From an uncultured Candidatus Saccharibacteria bacterium (GTDB lineage: Bacteria; Patescibacteriota; Saccharimonadia; Saccharimonadales; Saccharimonadaceae), in assembly GCA_963530755.1 (NCBI GenBank), contig CAUSEU010000001.1, positions 1-61,019 of the forward strand: 61,019 bases of DNA, read 5' to 3'. Below the pieces are notes generated by a model. It saw only the letters and a program-made list of their open reading frames with translations. It made no database searches and was not told the DNA's origin. Below, piece after piece: positions 36,919-46,746 of the stretch; the first letter of the stretch is position 1, and the number at the start of each line of letters is the position of its first letter. A program made the translations under genes and the position numbers.

Positions 36919-37325
36919 TGCTTGTCGGTGAAGACGAAGTGATTATAAGTCAGATAATTCCAGGTCAGACTGAAGACTGAAGCACCTAGCTTAGCTAAGT
37001 TGTTAAAGACTTGATCGGATAAACCAAAACGAGGTAGATAATGCTGAGCTAGGATTATCAGCCCATTCTGGATTACCCAGATACCGATAGCGGTAAAGAT
37101 AAAGAAGAGAATGACCTGGCGTAAGTAGTCTTGCCCGGCATTACGGAAGGTCCACTTTTTATTCATCAAAAAGCTATAGATCATAGCGATACCGGTCGAA
37201 ATAGTATTAGCTATGATGAGATTAAGACCGGCTAAGCTGAGCAGATTCATCAGAGTGAAGTCAAGGACGGTATTAGAGATACCGACTATGACGAAGCGAA
37301 GTGGTCGGTGCTTAGTGTCTTTCAT
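36915..37325 (-). CDS. GtrA-family flippase
   Basis: RFVIVGISNTVLD, SFLMNKKWTF, AKL, WNYLTY.HFVF. Confidence 0.88.
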   Translation of the reverse strand: MKDTKHRPLRFVIVGISNTVLDFTLMNLLSLAGLNLIIANTISTGIAMIYSFLMNKKWTFRNAGQDYLRQVILFFIFTAIGIWVIQNGLIILAQHYLPRFGLSDQVFNNLAKLGASVFSLTWNYLTYNHFVFTDKH

Positions 37326-38284
37326 GAGCGATGATGCTTAGACTGATGTTGGTCTTGGATCAGATAGAGCGGGCGCCCCTTTGTCTCGATGAAGATCCGT
37401 CCGATATATTCACCGATGATACCTAGTGATAACATCTGGATACCACCCAGGAAAAGGACAGCGATCAGTAGAGTATTAAACCCGCCGATTCGAGGTACAC
37501 CCAGCAGTGCTTGGAATAAGATGATGATAATGTAAATAAAGGTTAGTAAGCTAATGACCATACCGGCGACAGTGATCAGGCGCAAGGGGATAGTGGTAAA
37601 GCTGGTGAAGCCGTCAATGGCTAGGTTGATTAAAGAGTTGCCCGGGGAGAGGAGACCGAATTTCCACTTGGTCTGACCAGCAGTACGGTCAGACTGATCA
37701 TAAATAATTTCTTTCTTGTGGTAGCCGATCCAAGAAAAGAGAGCTTTATTCTGGCGTGATGATTCACGAAATTGGCGTAGTGCCTCGAGGCAACGACGGT
37801 TAAGTAAGCGAAAATCACCGGTGTCAATCTGAATAGGTACTCGGGTGGTCTTTTGTAGAGTGCGGTAATAAATGTGAGAGGTGAAACGACGCACTGCTGA
37901 ATCTTTCCTTTTGTTGCGTTTAGCGTAGACATCGTCATAGCCCTGCTCCCACCATTTGATCATCTTAGGGATGACCTCAGGCGGCTCTTGACCATCAGCG
38001 TCCATAATGACGGCGGCATCGCCTTGGGCATGATCTATACCGGCGGCTACGGCAATCTCCTTGCCGAAATTACGAGATAAATTAATATACGACACCCTCG
38101 GGTTTTGTTTAGCGAAATTACTTAGTAAGTCGCCGGTATGGTCACGTGAGCCGTCGTTAACAAAGAGAAACTCAAAGTCATAATTATCAGTTCTCTTGGC
38201 TAATTTAGTCAGACGACTAATGATATCCGGTAGAGTCTCCTCTTCGTTGTAGGCGGGGATGATGATAGTGATTAGCTTACTCAT
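37322..38284 (-). CDS. GtrB-like GT2 polyprenyl-phosphate glycosyltransferase
   Basis: IPAYNEEE, VNDGSRD, LSRNFGKE.A..AG, MDADGQ.PPE, TGDFRL, two C-terminal TMs, GIIGEYIGRI. Confidence 0.9.
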   Translation of the reverse strand: MSKLITIIIPAYNEEETLPDIISRLTKLAKRTDNYDFEFLFVNDGSRDHTGDLLSNFAKQNPRVSYINLSRNFGKEIAVAAGIDHAQGDAAVIMDADGQEPPEVIPKMIKWWEQGYDDVYAKRNKRKDSAVRRFTSHIYYRTLQKTTRVPIQIDTGDFRLLNRRCLEALRQFRESSRQNKALFSWIGYHKKEIIYDQSDRTAGQTKWKFGLLSPGNSLINLAIDGFTSFTTIPLRLITVAGMVISLLTFIYIIIILFQALLGVPRIGGFNTLLIAVLFLGGIQMLSLGIIGEYIGRIFIETKGRPLYLIQDQHQSKHHRS

Positions 38285-38306
38285 TAACTAATATCGTAAC
38301 ATAAAG

Positions 38307-39377
38307 CTATAGTTTTCTCTTGAGCTTATGCCATAGACCGGTGGTAAGGCGATGATATTTAATGGCATTAGATAAACTGATAGAAAATAGGGCGAGGCGG
38401 GGGTGCCTGATAAGATACCTGATAGTGCGCTCCAGTCGCACCTTACGACGACCGATGACTGATGGGTGACTGAGCGGTGCTTGACCATCGACCTGATGAA
38501 TCTGACGGATCATACCCAGCTTAGTGCTCTTAGGTAAATCAGCTGAATAGGTAGCCAGTAGATGAGAGTAGATCCAGCTATATTTGATCCAGTGTAGTAA
38601 ACTATCTCGTGGCTCACCGGAAGGGGTGTCGGCTAAGAATTTCTTCAGCGCAGTAAAATTGTCCAGTCTATTTTGATAAACCAGAGATGATTTACTGAAA
38701 GTACCACCGTCTAAACTCTGGTAATAGTTGTAAAGCGGGGCGGGGATGAATGAGATATGGCTAATCAGGCTAAGATAGTCGAGATTAAAGAGGAGGTCCT
38801 CACCGAAATTAACGCCCGACTGAAAGGCGAGATGATGCTCCTTAATGAGAGAAGTGAGATATATCTTATTCCAGACTTGATAGAGCCTCCCGTCGATGCC
38901 GAGTAAGCGAAGGATATATATTTTCCAAGGCTCATCGGTCTGACGACCGGGCAGCAACTCACTGCAGACATCCACTCTAGATAGCTCCTGTCGGTTCTTC
39001 CGGGTGATGATGGTAAAGCCGCTCACTGCCAATTGAGCTCGATCACTCTTGATGGCACTAATGAACTTGGTTAAAGCTCCCTTCTTCAGGGTGTCATCAG
39101 CGTCGAGAAACATCAGGTATTTACCCTTAGCTTGAGATATGCCGGTATTGCGAGCGACACTGGCGCCACCATTAGCCGGTTGGTTAATAGCCACGATGCG
39201 CCGGTCGGACCGGCTTAACCGGCTAAGCACCTGAGCTGTATCATCAGTTGAATGGTCATTGACGATGATCAGCTCATAGTCAGAGTAGTCTTGTGTTCTG
39301 ATGCTATCAACCATTTCGGTGATATCGCTGGCACAATTATAAGCAGGGATAATAATGGACAGCTCGGGTCTAGTCAT
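38307..39377 (-). CDS. GT2 glycosyltransferase
   Basis: LSIIIPAYN, VNDHSTD, ARNTG, FLDADD, VWNKIY, GEDLLFN. Start at ATG 39377 (MTRPEL), 6 nt after TGTTATCAT. Confidence 0.9.
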   Translation of the reverse strand: MTRPELSIIIPAYNCASDITEMVDSIRTQDYSDYELIIVNDHSTDDTAQVLSRLSRSDRRIVAINQPANGGASVARNTGISQAKGKYLMFLDADDTLKKGALTKFISAIKSDRAQLAVSGFTIITRKNRQELSRVDVCSELLPGRQTDEPWKIYILRLLGIDGRLYQVWNKIYLTSLIKEHHLAFQSGVNFGEDLLFNLDYLSLISHISFIPAPLYNYYQSLDGGTFSKSSLVYQNRLDNFTALKKFLADTPSGEPRDSLLHWIKYSWIYSHLLATYSADLPKSTKLGMIRQIHQVDGQAPLSHPSVIGRRKVRLERTIRYLIRHPRLALFSISLSNAIKYHRLTTGLWHKLKRKL

Positions 39378-39441
39378 AGCTATATGATAACAAACTATAG
39401 TATAATCACGATAAGAGTAATGACTAGACAGAGGGATAGTA

Positions 39442-40041
39442 ATGGTTGAAGTAACGTATAAAAAGAAGAAATCATTTAAGGCGATCATCGGGGTAACGAT
39501 ATTTATCTTCGTCGTCTTGCTCGCCACTTTGATCACGGTGATTGTGATTAGTGCTCAGAAGGGTGATGATTATAAGGTGAAGAAGACTCCCCTCGCCAAG
39601 CAGGCAAAGAAGCCTAAACCAAAGAAGGAACCGGATGATGAAGAAGAAACTGATGATAAAGATACCCCGAATAAGCCAGGTGAGCAGAAAGACCCTAATA
39701 ACACCGAAGTTAAAAAGAGGAAAAAGACTCCTAAACCAATCAAGGGTAAGATAGATAATACCAGCCTCGTTAACGGGTCGCTCCAAGTAAGAGTGACTAT
39801 CAATGAAGTAATCAATGATGGCACTTGTGAACTGGCTCTGGTCGGTCCACGTGAGCAGAAGTATAATAATACTACGCAGATTATCGCTAATTCATCCACT
39901 ACCTCTATCTGTAACGGCTTCGATGTGCTGATTAATGATGTTGAACGGGATCGTGATAAGCAGACCGGTAAGTGGTCAGTCACCGTTAACCTGTCGACTA
40001 AGACTCGCCAAGGTAAATTAACCGGCGAAATAATCTTGTAA
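39442..40041 (+). CDS. Hypothetical membrane-anchored protein (paralog of 48025..48615)
   Basis: N-terminal TM, charged linker, C-terminal beta-rich domain with a Cys pair. Confidence 0.75.
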   Translation: MVEVTYKKKKSFKAIIGVTIFIFVVLLATLITVIVISAQKGDDYKVKKTPLAKQAKKPKPKKEPDDEEETDDKDTPNKPGEQKDPNNTEVKKRKKTPKPIKGKIDNTSLVNGSLQVRVTINEVINDGTCELALVGPREQKYNNTTQIIANSSTTSICNGFDVLINDVERDRDKQTGKWSVTVNLSTKTRQGKLTGEIIL

Positions 40042-40083
40042 CTCGCTTTAACTAGCTGATTAGATGTTATAATAGGGCGGTAA

Positions 40084-40920
40084 ATGAGACGGATGACAGG
40101 TAAACTAATCAGTAAATACCGCTACTCTTGGATATTACTGCGTGAGCTAGTCAAGACTGACTTTAAGCTTCGCTATCAAGGATCGATGCTGGGGATGGCT
40201 TGGTCGGTCCTCAAGCCTCTGATGCTCTTTGCGGTGATGTATGTAGTATTTGTTCGCTTCCTTCGCTTCGGGGCGGGCATCCCGCACTTTGCCGTCTCGC
40301 TATTATTAGCTCAGACATTATGGGCATTCTTTCAGGAGGCAACTTCACAGGGGATGCAAGCCATCGTTGGGAGGGGCGATTTACTGCGTAAGCTAAAGTT
40401 CCCTAAGTATATCGTAGTAGTATCATCAACGGTCTCGGCTTTGATAAATCTGGTGATTAGTCTCTTCGTGGTGCTGATCTTCATGATCGTTAACGGAGTG
40501 GAGTTTCGTCCGACTATTTTACTGTTTCCTTTAGTCGTGGTCGAACTGTACATTTTTGCTCTAGGAATTGCCTTTCTACTTAGCACTATGTTTGTTAGAT
40601 TTCGAGATATTGGTCACATCTGGGATGTGATCATGCAAGCGTGGTTTTATGCTACACCCATCATTTATCCCTTGACGCAGCTGATTAATGTTGGCTGGCT
40701 ATCTGTCGCTAAGTTAGTTCTGATGTTAAATCCGATCGCCCAGATCATTCAAGATGCCCGCTACCTAGTAGTGACGACTCAGACGGAAACAATCTGGGGG
40801 CTGGTTGGTCAGCAGTGCTGGCTCTTAAAGCTAATTCCTTTGCTGATTATAGCAATAGTACTATTGGTCGGTGTGACGGTATTTCGGCGCCGGTCGCCAT
40901 ACTTTGCGGAGGAGCTGTAG
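40084..40920 (+). CDS. wzm: Polysaccharide ABC exporter permease (Wzm/RgpC-like)
   Basis: ELVKTDFKLRYQGS.LG..WS.LKPL, FRDI.HIW, FYATPIIYP, NP.AQII. Confidence 0.9.
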   Translation: MRRMTGKLISKYRYSWILLRELVKTDFKLRYQGSMLGMAWSVLKPLMLFAVMYVVFVRFLRFGAGIPHFAVSLLLAQTLWAFFQEATSQGMQAIVGRGDLLRKLKFPKYIVVVSSTVSALINLVISLFVVLIFMIVNGVEFRPTILLFPLVVVELYIFALGIAFLLSTMFVRFRDIGHIWDVIMQAWFYATPIIYPLTQLINVGWLSVAKLVLMLNPIAQIIQDARYLVVTTQTETIWGLVGQQCWLLKLIPLLIIAIVLLVGVTVFRRRSPYFAEEL

Positions 40921-41667
40921 GTGATGAATAAGGATAAAGTCGCACTAAGGGTGAGTCATGTCAGCAAATCATTTAAGTTGCCGACTGAACATTCCAACGA
41001 AATAAAGCAAGTCTTCGTTAATTGGACTAAGGGGATTAAAGGCTATCGACGTCAGGAAGTACTGAAAGATATCTCGTTTGAGGTTAAGAAGGGTGATTTC
41101 TTCGGTATCGTTGGGCGTAATGGGTCGGGTAAATCAACTCTACTGAAACTAATCTCAGGCATTTATCCGCCCGACCGGGGGCAAATTAAAGTTAACGGCT
41201 CGCTGGTGTCGTTCATCGAGCTGGGAGTTGGCTTTAATCCTGAGCTGACCGGTCGGGAAAATGTCTATCTCAATGGAGCGATGCTTGGCTTTAGCCGGAA
41301 GCAAGTTAGTGCTATGTATGGCGATATCGTTGATTTCGCCGAGCTACATGATTTTATGGACCAGAAGCTGAAGAACTATTCCTCCGGTATGCAAGTTCGC
41401 TTAGCCTTCTCAGTGGCGATTAAAGCTAAGGGCGACATCTTAGTCCTTGATGAAGTATTAGCAGTCGGCGATGAAGCATTCCAGAAGAAATGTCACGACT
41501 ACTTCCAGGAGGCAAAGCGAAGAGGTAAGACGATTATTTTAGTGACCCACGATATGGGGGCGGTGCGAGAGTTTTGTAATAGAGCGATCTTGATTGATAA
41601 TGGACTGATCAAAGTGGAAGGCAACCCCAGTGAGGTGGCGGATGAGTATAGTGGACTCTTTCGCTAA
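40921..41667 (+). CDS. wzt: Polysaccharide ABC exporter ATPase (Wzt/RgpD-like), no C-terminal carbohydrate-binding domain
   Basis: GRNGSGKST, ELGVGFNPELTGRENV, YSSGMQVRLAFS, DEVLAVGDEAFQ. Confidence 0.92.
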   Translation: MMNKDKVALRVSHVSKSFKLPTEHSNEIKQVFVNWTKGIKGYRRQEVLKDISFEVKKGDFFGIVGRNGSGKSTLLKLISGIYPPDRGQIKVNGSLVSFIELGVGFNPELTGRENVYLNGAMLGFSRKQVSAMYGDIVDFAELHDFMDQKLKNYSSGMQVRLAFSVAIKAKGDILVLDEVLAVGDEAFQKKCHDYFQEAKRRGKTIILVTHDMGAVREFCNRAILIDNGLIKVEGNPSEVADEYSGLFR

Positions 41668-41753
41668 TAATCTGACAAAAGCGATCAAAACAAGAATATA
41701 AAATGAAGAAACATAATTAAGATAAGCTAAAAAAGACTAACGCTAAGTAAGCG

Positions 41754-42866
41754 TTAGCTCGAATTACCTAGCTGTTTGGCTGGTTGGTGTCTCGTAATCA
41801 GCGCTGATGATTTCTTGGTTAGATAACGGTATAACTTGTCAAAGAGGTAAGCAATAATACTGGAAACAATAAAAACTACGATGATTTGAATTGGCGCCCA
41901 TATTAGCTGGTCTGTCCACGTCTTCAGATAATTATGGCTTAATAGATAAGTATAGACAATATCGACGAATGTTACATGAATGAGGTAGGTATAAAAGGAT
42001 ATCTCTGATAACCTTGTAATAACTCTGGTGACGTAGGAAGGTAACTTAACTTTGCTAAAGTAATACTTAATAAATACGAATCCAGCTAGGCTGATAAATA
42101 CCGGCAATATTGAACAACCAACCACTAATTCGTCAGCTTCGTTGGTATCTTTAGCAAACGTTTGGATAACAGGTAAAAGTATTAAACTAATTATACCTAT
42201 TATATAAATTAATTTACGCTTAGTGATAGAGATTTTGTATTTTACAATATAGAGACCTAATAACAATAAATTAGCATAAGCAATGATGCAAGGTTGAGTA
42301 ATTCCACTAAATAATGTTTTATTGTAGTGTTTAGCCAGTACAGATATCCCAGACAATACATTATTGGATATAAATACTAAACAAATTAGTAATTTAAGCT
42401 CCCCCCTGCTTAGTGATTGGACTAGCCTTCTCAGAAATGGAATAAAGAAATATATCATTATAATAATACACATAAACCACATATGGTATTGTACGCCAGG
42501 GTAGTTTAAGAGTAGGGCAAAGAATCTGGTGACCGACCAGGGTTGCTTGTTAGTTGATAGATAAATAACTAAAGAAAAAATAATTAGGGGAATTATCAGC
42601 CGGTGAAAGATATTTTTAACGAAGCAGATATATGACCGTTTAGTGACCGAGCCATTATTCTTTTTAAGTGTCAGTGCTCCAGTGAGCATAAAAAAAGCGG
42701 GGACTGCCATCCGATTTAATGAATCGAATATACCAAAGATGAAATAGGGTAAAGGCTGTAGCGGCTTAATATAATTATACTGATAAACAGATATGGTGTG
42801 GATACTGATTACCATAATAGTCGCAATAACTCGGAGGATATCACACCACAGTAGACGGGATCTCAT
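41754..42866 (-). CDS. Acyltransferase family 3 (glycan O-acyltransferase)
   Basis: D.LRVIA.IMVI.IH, AVPAFFMLTG, HMWF, SFYTYLIH; ~10 TMs; visibly AT-rich. Confidence 0.85.
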   Translation of the reverse strand: MRSRLLWCDILRVIATIMVISIHTISVYQYNYIKPLQPLPYFIFGIFDSLNRMAVPAFFMLTGALTLKKNNGSVTKRSYICFVKNIFHRLIIPLIIFSLVIYLSTNKQPWSVTRFFALLLNYPGVQYHMWFMCIIIMIYFFIPFLRRLVQSLSRGELKLLICLVFISNNVLSGISVLAKHYNKTLFSGITQPCIIAYANLLLLGLYIVKYKISITKRKLIYIIGIISLILLPVIQTFAKDTNEADELVVGCSILPVFISLAGFVFIKYYFSKVKLPSYVTRVITRLSEISFYTYLIHVTFVDIVYTYLLSHNYLKTWTDQLIWAPIQIIVVFIVSSIIAYLFDKLYRYLTKKSSALITRHQPAKQLGNSS

Positions 42867-42903
42867 TACGCATTATTCTATCACACATGATAATATGATA
42901 GTA

Positions 42904-45225
42904 ATGACTAAGATGGATATAGCACTCAATATTACTCTCCATAATGAAGGGGATTTACTCTATAAGACTTTTCAGTCGATCGCTCTGAATGTGAAGGCTC
43001 TGAAAGAAGAATATTCGGAGCTGAAAGTCCAGGCTAATATATCGTTAGATTGTCCGGATGACTATACTAAGCAATTCTTCGCTAAGTCGAAGCACTTTTT
43101 GGCGGAGGTCGTAGACGAGCTACGGCATTACACAGTTGACTTTGCCGACCTATCACAAAGTCGTAATTATCTAATTGATAAAGCTCTGGCTAGTAAAGTG
43201 GAGTATATCCAGGTATATGATGGTGACGATTTGTTCTCAGTTAAATACCTACTCAGGATGTATCAGTTAGCGCTTAAGGCTAATAAGCCGGTGGTGATCG
43301 AGCCGGAGTTTATACTAGATATGGATGAGTGGAGTGGGTTATGCCGTACAGGTGCTATTAGAAAGCTTCTTGCTTCTAACGATCCACATCAATTAGCCAC
43401 TAATATGTATGCAAATAACTTATATCAGTCGCAGATCTTTGTTAGTAGTAGTATCTTTAATAAAATTAAATACGTTCCTGGTGATAAACGATATCGCTAC
43501 GAAGATTACCACATCCTAACAGAGATGATCGCCAGTGGTTATGATATCTCAGTGGCTCCTGGTACAATGATACTTTACCGTCGCAAATTAACCGGCTCAC
43601 TTTTAGCTGATTCTAGCTCAAATTGTCGGTTATGTTTAGCACCTAGTCGATTCTTTACTCCATCAGTCTTTCACAGCTTTAACCACCGTAATGCTAAGGA
43701 AATGCGAGAATTATCAGCTAAATTAGACGAACCGGTAATCACGAATAATCAATCAAAGGATAGTGCTGAACAATATATTAAAGTTCACTGCTCACCGGCT
43801 AGGAACGTCTTACTTTATGGTAAACGACTGATTATCGAGACAGCACGATCAGCTAAACAGGCTGGTCGACTAATAAGACATCAGGAACGTACGACCAAAT
43901 TAAGTACTAATAAGCTAAAAGAGCTTAATCTAGAGAGGCTAAATAGAGCCGGCTTCACTAGAGAAATGTTTGATGATATCAAACGACTAAATAAGATCGA
44001 ACCGTTGGCAACTTATAATACGACAGACTTTATTAATTTATTGCCGGTCTATACGGCGATTCAACCGAGTGAACTAAATGATGTCTACTATCGTCTATGT
44101 AGTTTACCTGACATTGAGCAAACTACTGACTTACTTTTAATTCCTCACTTAACAAGGGGTGGAGCGGACAAGGCAATGGTTGAGCTTTGTCAGGCCTTAT
44201 CTGAGCATGGTCGGCGGGTGTTGGTAATCGGGACGAATGCCGGTGACAAGAATCTTTGGCGAGACCGACTAAATGAACTTCCCGGAGTAACCTTCCTAGA
44301 AAGAGACAAATATTTTCCACTTGATCAGATTGGCGATAAAGACCTGGAGATCATGCTACTGAGGATGATTCAGAATTGGCCAAAACTGGAACGTCTAACG
44401 GTGATGAACTCGGGGGTTGGCTATAATCTAATTAATGAATGGCATGACGAAATTAAACGTCATACTCAAGTTATTATTCATGACTGGTGTTATGGAATAA
44501 ATGACTGTGGTCCAACTTTTGAGACGACTATTCTCAGCAAAGTATATCGTTATATTGATTACCTAATCACTGATGGTGGAGGCTATAAGAAGCAGCTAAT
44601 GGAAATCAATGGTTGGGACGGTCAAAAGATCAAGCCGATCGCTCTGCCGATTGCACCGGTAGAGATGAAACAAGACTATACCATTAAGCACCATATTATG
44701 TATGCGGGTCGCTTTAGTGCCCAGAAACGACTTGACTTAATTCTCGCCTCACACCGTGAGTTAGCGGAACGAGGAATTCAACTAGATATCTATGGATCCC
44801 CTGACCGGGATGATAAGCTGTACGATGGTAAGGATATGAAGCTTGTAGAGCAAATTAATAATGCTCATTATCTGGGGACGTTTAATGGGTTTAGAGAACT
44901 ACCGATTGATCAAGTAGATATGCTAATTTTACCGACTCAGTTTGAAGGGTTGCCCAATATAGTACTGGAAGCGCTTAAGTCTAATCTATTCGTGATCGTA
45001 GGGAAATGCGGTTCTCTGCCTGAAGTAATCAAGGACGGTAAGAATGGCTTCTTAGTTGATGATAACGGTAATGCTAAGGCTTACTTAGAGGCTATTCTAA
45101 AGTTCTATGATCAGTCTGATCGACTGCTTTCACCTGATGAACGCAAGAAATTTAATCAGAAAATATTACACGAACACGACAGAGCGATTTATCAAAAGCA
45201 TATCGGAGAAGTTTATGGCTGGTAG
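42904..45225 (+). CDS. Bifunctional glycosyltransferase (N-terminal GT2-like + C-terminal GT4)
   Basis: TLHNEG, SRN, YDGDD, YED (GT-A part); GGADK, AGRFSAQKR, EGLPNIVLEA (GT-B part). Start ATG 42904. Confidence 0.8.
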   Translation: MTKMDIALNITLHNEGDLLYKTFQSIALNVKALKEEYSELKVQANISLDCPDDYTKQFFAKSKHFLAEVVDELRHYTVDFADLSQSRNYLIDKALASKVEYIQVYDGDDLFSVKYLLRMYQLALKANKPVVIEPEFILDMDEWSGLCRTGAIRKLLASNDPHQLATNMYANNLYQSQIFVSSSIFNKIKYVPGDKRYRYEDYHILTEMIASGYDISVAPGTMILYRRKLTGSLLADSSSNCRLCLAPSRFFTPSVFHSFNHRNAKEMRELSAKLDEPVITNNQSKDSAEQYIKVHCSPARNVLLYGKRLIIETARSAKQAGRLIRHQERTTKLSTNKLKELNLERLNRAGFTREMFDDIKRLNKIEPLATYNTTDFINLLPVYTAIQPSELNDVYYRLCSLPDIEQTTDLLLIPHLTRGGADKAMVELCQALSEHGRRVLVIGTNAGDKNLWRDRLNELPGVTFLERDKYFPLDQIGDKDLEIMLLRMIQNWPKLERLTVMNSGVGYNLINEWHDEIKRHTQVIIHDWCYGINDCGPTFETTILSKVYRYIDYLITDGGGYKKQLMEINGWDGQKIKPIALPIAPVEMKQDYTIKHHIMYAGRFSAQKRLDLILASHRELAERGIQLDIYGSPDRDDKLYDGKDMKLVEQINNAHYLGTFNGFRELPIDQVDMLILPTQFEGLPNIVLEALKSNLFVIVGKCGSLPEVIKDGKNGFLVDDNGNAKAYLEAILKFYDQSDRLLSPDERKKFNQKILHEHDRAIYQKHIGEVYGW

Positions 45226-46744
45226 CTGGAAAGATAAACTCGCTAAGACTCTTGAGAATCGTCGTTATCTCATCATTATTACTATTTGCCTAGTTATCTT
45301 AGCACCATTCTTGGTGATGGCGATATTTAACCAACCAATTGCTGACGACTATGTCTTTTTCTCCCTGGATCACCCGGGCAATCCCTTCGCTACTGTGGCG
45401 GAGTCATATCTTAATTGGTCGGGTAGACTGAGTCCTACTTTTTTAATCTCTGTCTTTTACCATTTCTGGGGTAGTAAAACGCCGGCCATCATGGCAATAT
45501 TTTTACTGGTTAGTTTGGCAGTTGTTTCAGTCCGGTTTATTAAAGTATTTTTCAGGCAGGTTAAAGCTCGTGACTTACCGTGTAGTCAAGCCCTGGCGTT
45601 AGGGCTGCTAATGACAAGCTTGATTATGCTATCGGCCTACTCTATCTATGATAGCTACCTCTGGCTGACCTCCAGTACGATCTATATCACTAGTATCATC
45701 TGTGCCATAGCAGTTGTCACTCTTACCATTCAACTATTCACCAAGCCGGTAATTACTTGGTCTAATTGGCTGATTTATATAGCCAGCTTGATATTCACTG
45801 CATTCTGCTGTGAAATAACTACTATTTATCTAGTCGGTGGCTTTGGTTTCTCGCTAATAATATATGGACTAGTTAAACGATTTAAGCTCTTTAAGCTAAA
45901 GAAAACGACTAAGCATAATATCAGAGTGCTGGTAGTTGGTATGGTCATTGTAGCAGGCTGTCTGCTGATTATCTATTTCTCACCGGGATCAGTTAAGCGA
46001 CGTCAGACATCACATTCTATCTTTGACTGGCAAAAGGTATTCATTGAACCTCTCTTTCAGATAGCTAAGCTGGGCTATTTAGTAACCTGGGAACGTGTTT
46101 TACTGGTAGTAGGTAGTGCAATAGCTTTAGCCATAGTCCTACCCAAACTAAGACCACGACAGACTATCGGTGTGGTAGTCAGTATCGTCATCTATCTACT
46201 GGCTATTAGTTATGTCTTTTATCTAATCATGGGCTATTCACTGGGTGGTAATATACCGCTTCGGTCGTACATAATACCGGCCGGAATTATTTTGATCGGA
46301 GTGGCCATAATCCTAGCGGTGTTGCTGAGAGAATATAGTACAAATGTTACCTATCTCTTAGATATAACGATGATCTTGGCGTTAATCGGAGCGGTCGCTA
46401 CTTCGTATCGAGTCTACAAGCCAATCATTCGGGCGGTAATATTACGCCACGATGCCTATATTACCAGAGAGATTGGTCTACGACAGCAAGCTAATCGTAC
46501 CGGTAGTGCTATCCGGGTTACACCACTACCAATTTTACTACAGGATAGTGAGGCGCAGGATATCGCCTTTAATAATATACAGGCGAAATGGGTAACTAAA
46601 GCGTTTAAGAAATATTACCATTTACCGGATGATGTTATGCTGGTTAACCTACCGCAGGACGAACATTATTGTACGGTTAGTCAGAAGGATACACCGTATT
46701 ATTACGGGACTCAGACTTGTGATGTAGTAACGATGGGGAGGTAG
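45215..46744 (+). CDS. Polytopic membrane protein, probable GT-C glycosyltransferase/polymerase
   Basis: P.ADDY, YLNWSGR, SPGS.KR; ~11 TMs; SD GGAG before ATG 45215. Confidence 0.65.
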   Translation: MAGSWKDKLAKTLENRRYLIIITICLVILAPFLVMAIFNQPIADDYVFFSLDHPGNPFATVAESYLNWSGRLSPTFLISVFYHFWGSKTPAIMAIFLLVSLAVVSVRFIKVFFRQVKARDLPCSQALALGLLMTSLIMLSAYSIYDSYLWLTSSTIYITSIICAIAVVTLTIQLFTKPVITWSNWLIYIASLIFTAFCCEITTIYLVGGFGFSLIIYGLVKRFKLFKLKKTTKHNIRVLVVGMVIVAGCLLIIYFSPGSVKRRQTSHSIFDWQKVFIEPLFQIAKLGYLVTWERVLLVVGSAIALAIVLPKLRPRQTIGVVVSIVIYLLAISYVFYLIMGYSLGGNIPLRSYIIPAGIILIGVAIILAVLLREYSTNVTYLLDITMILALIGAVATSYRVYKPIIRAVILRHDAYITREIGLRQQANRTGSAIRVTPLPILLQDSEAQDIAFNNIQAKWVTKAFKKYYHLPDDVMLVNLPQDEHYCTVSQKDTPYYYGTQTCDVVTMGR

Positions 46745-46746
46745 AG

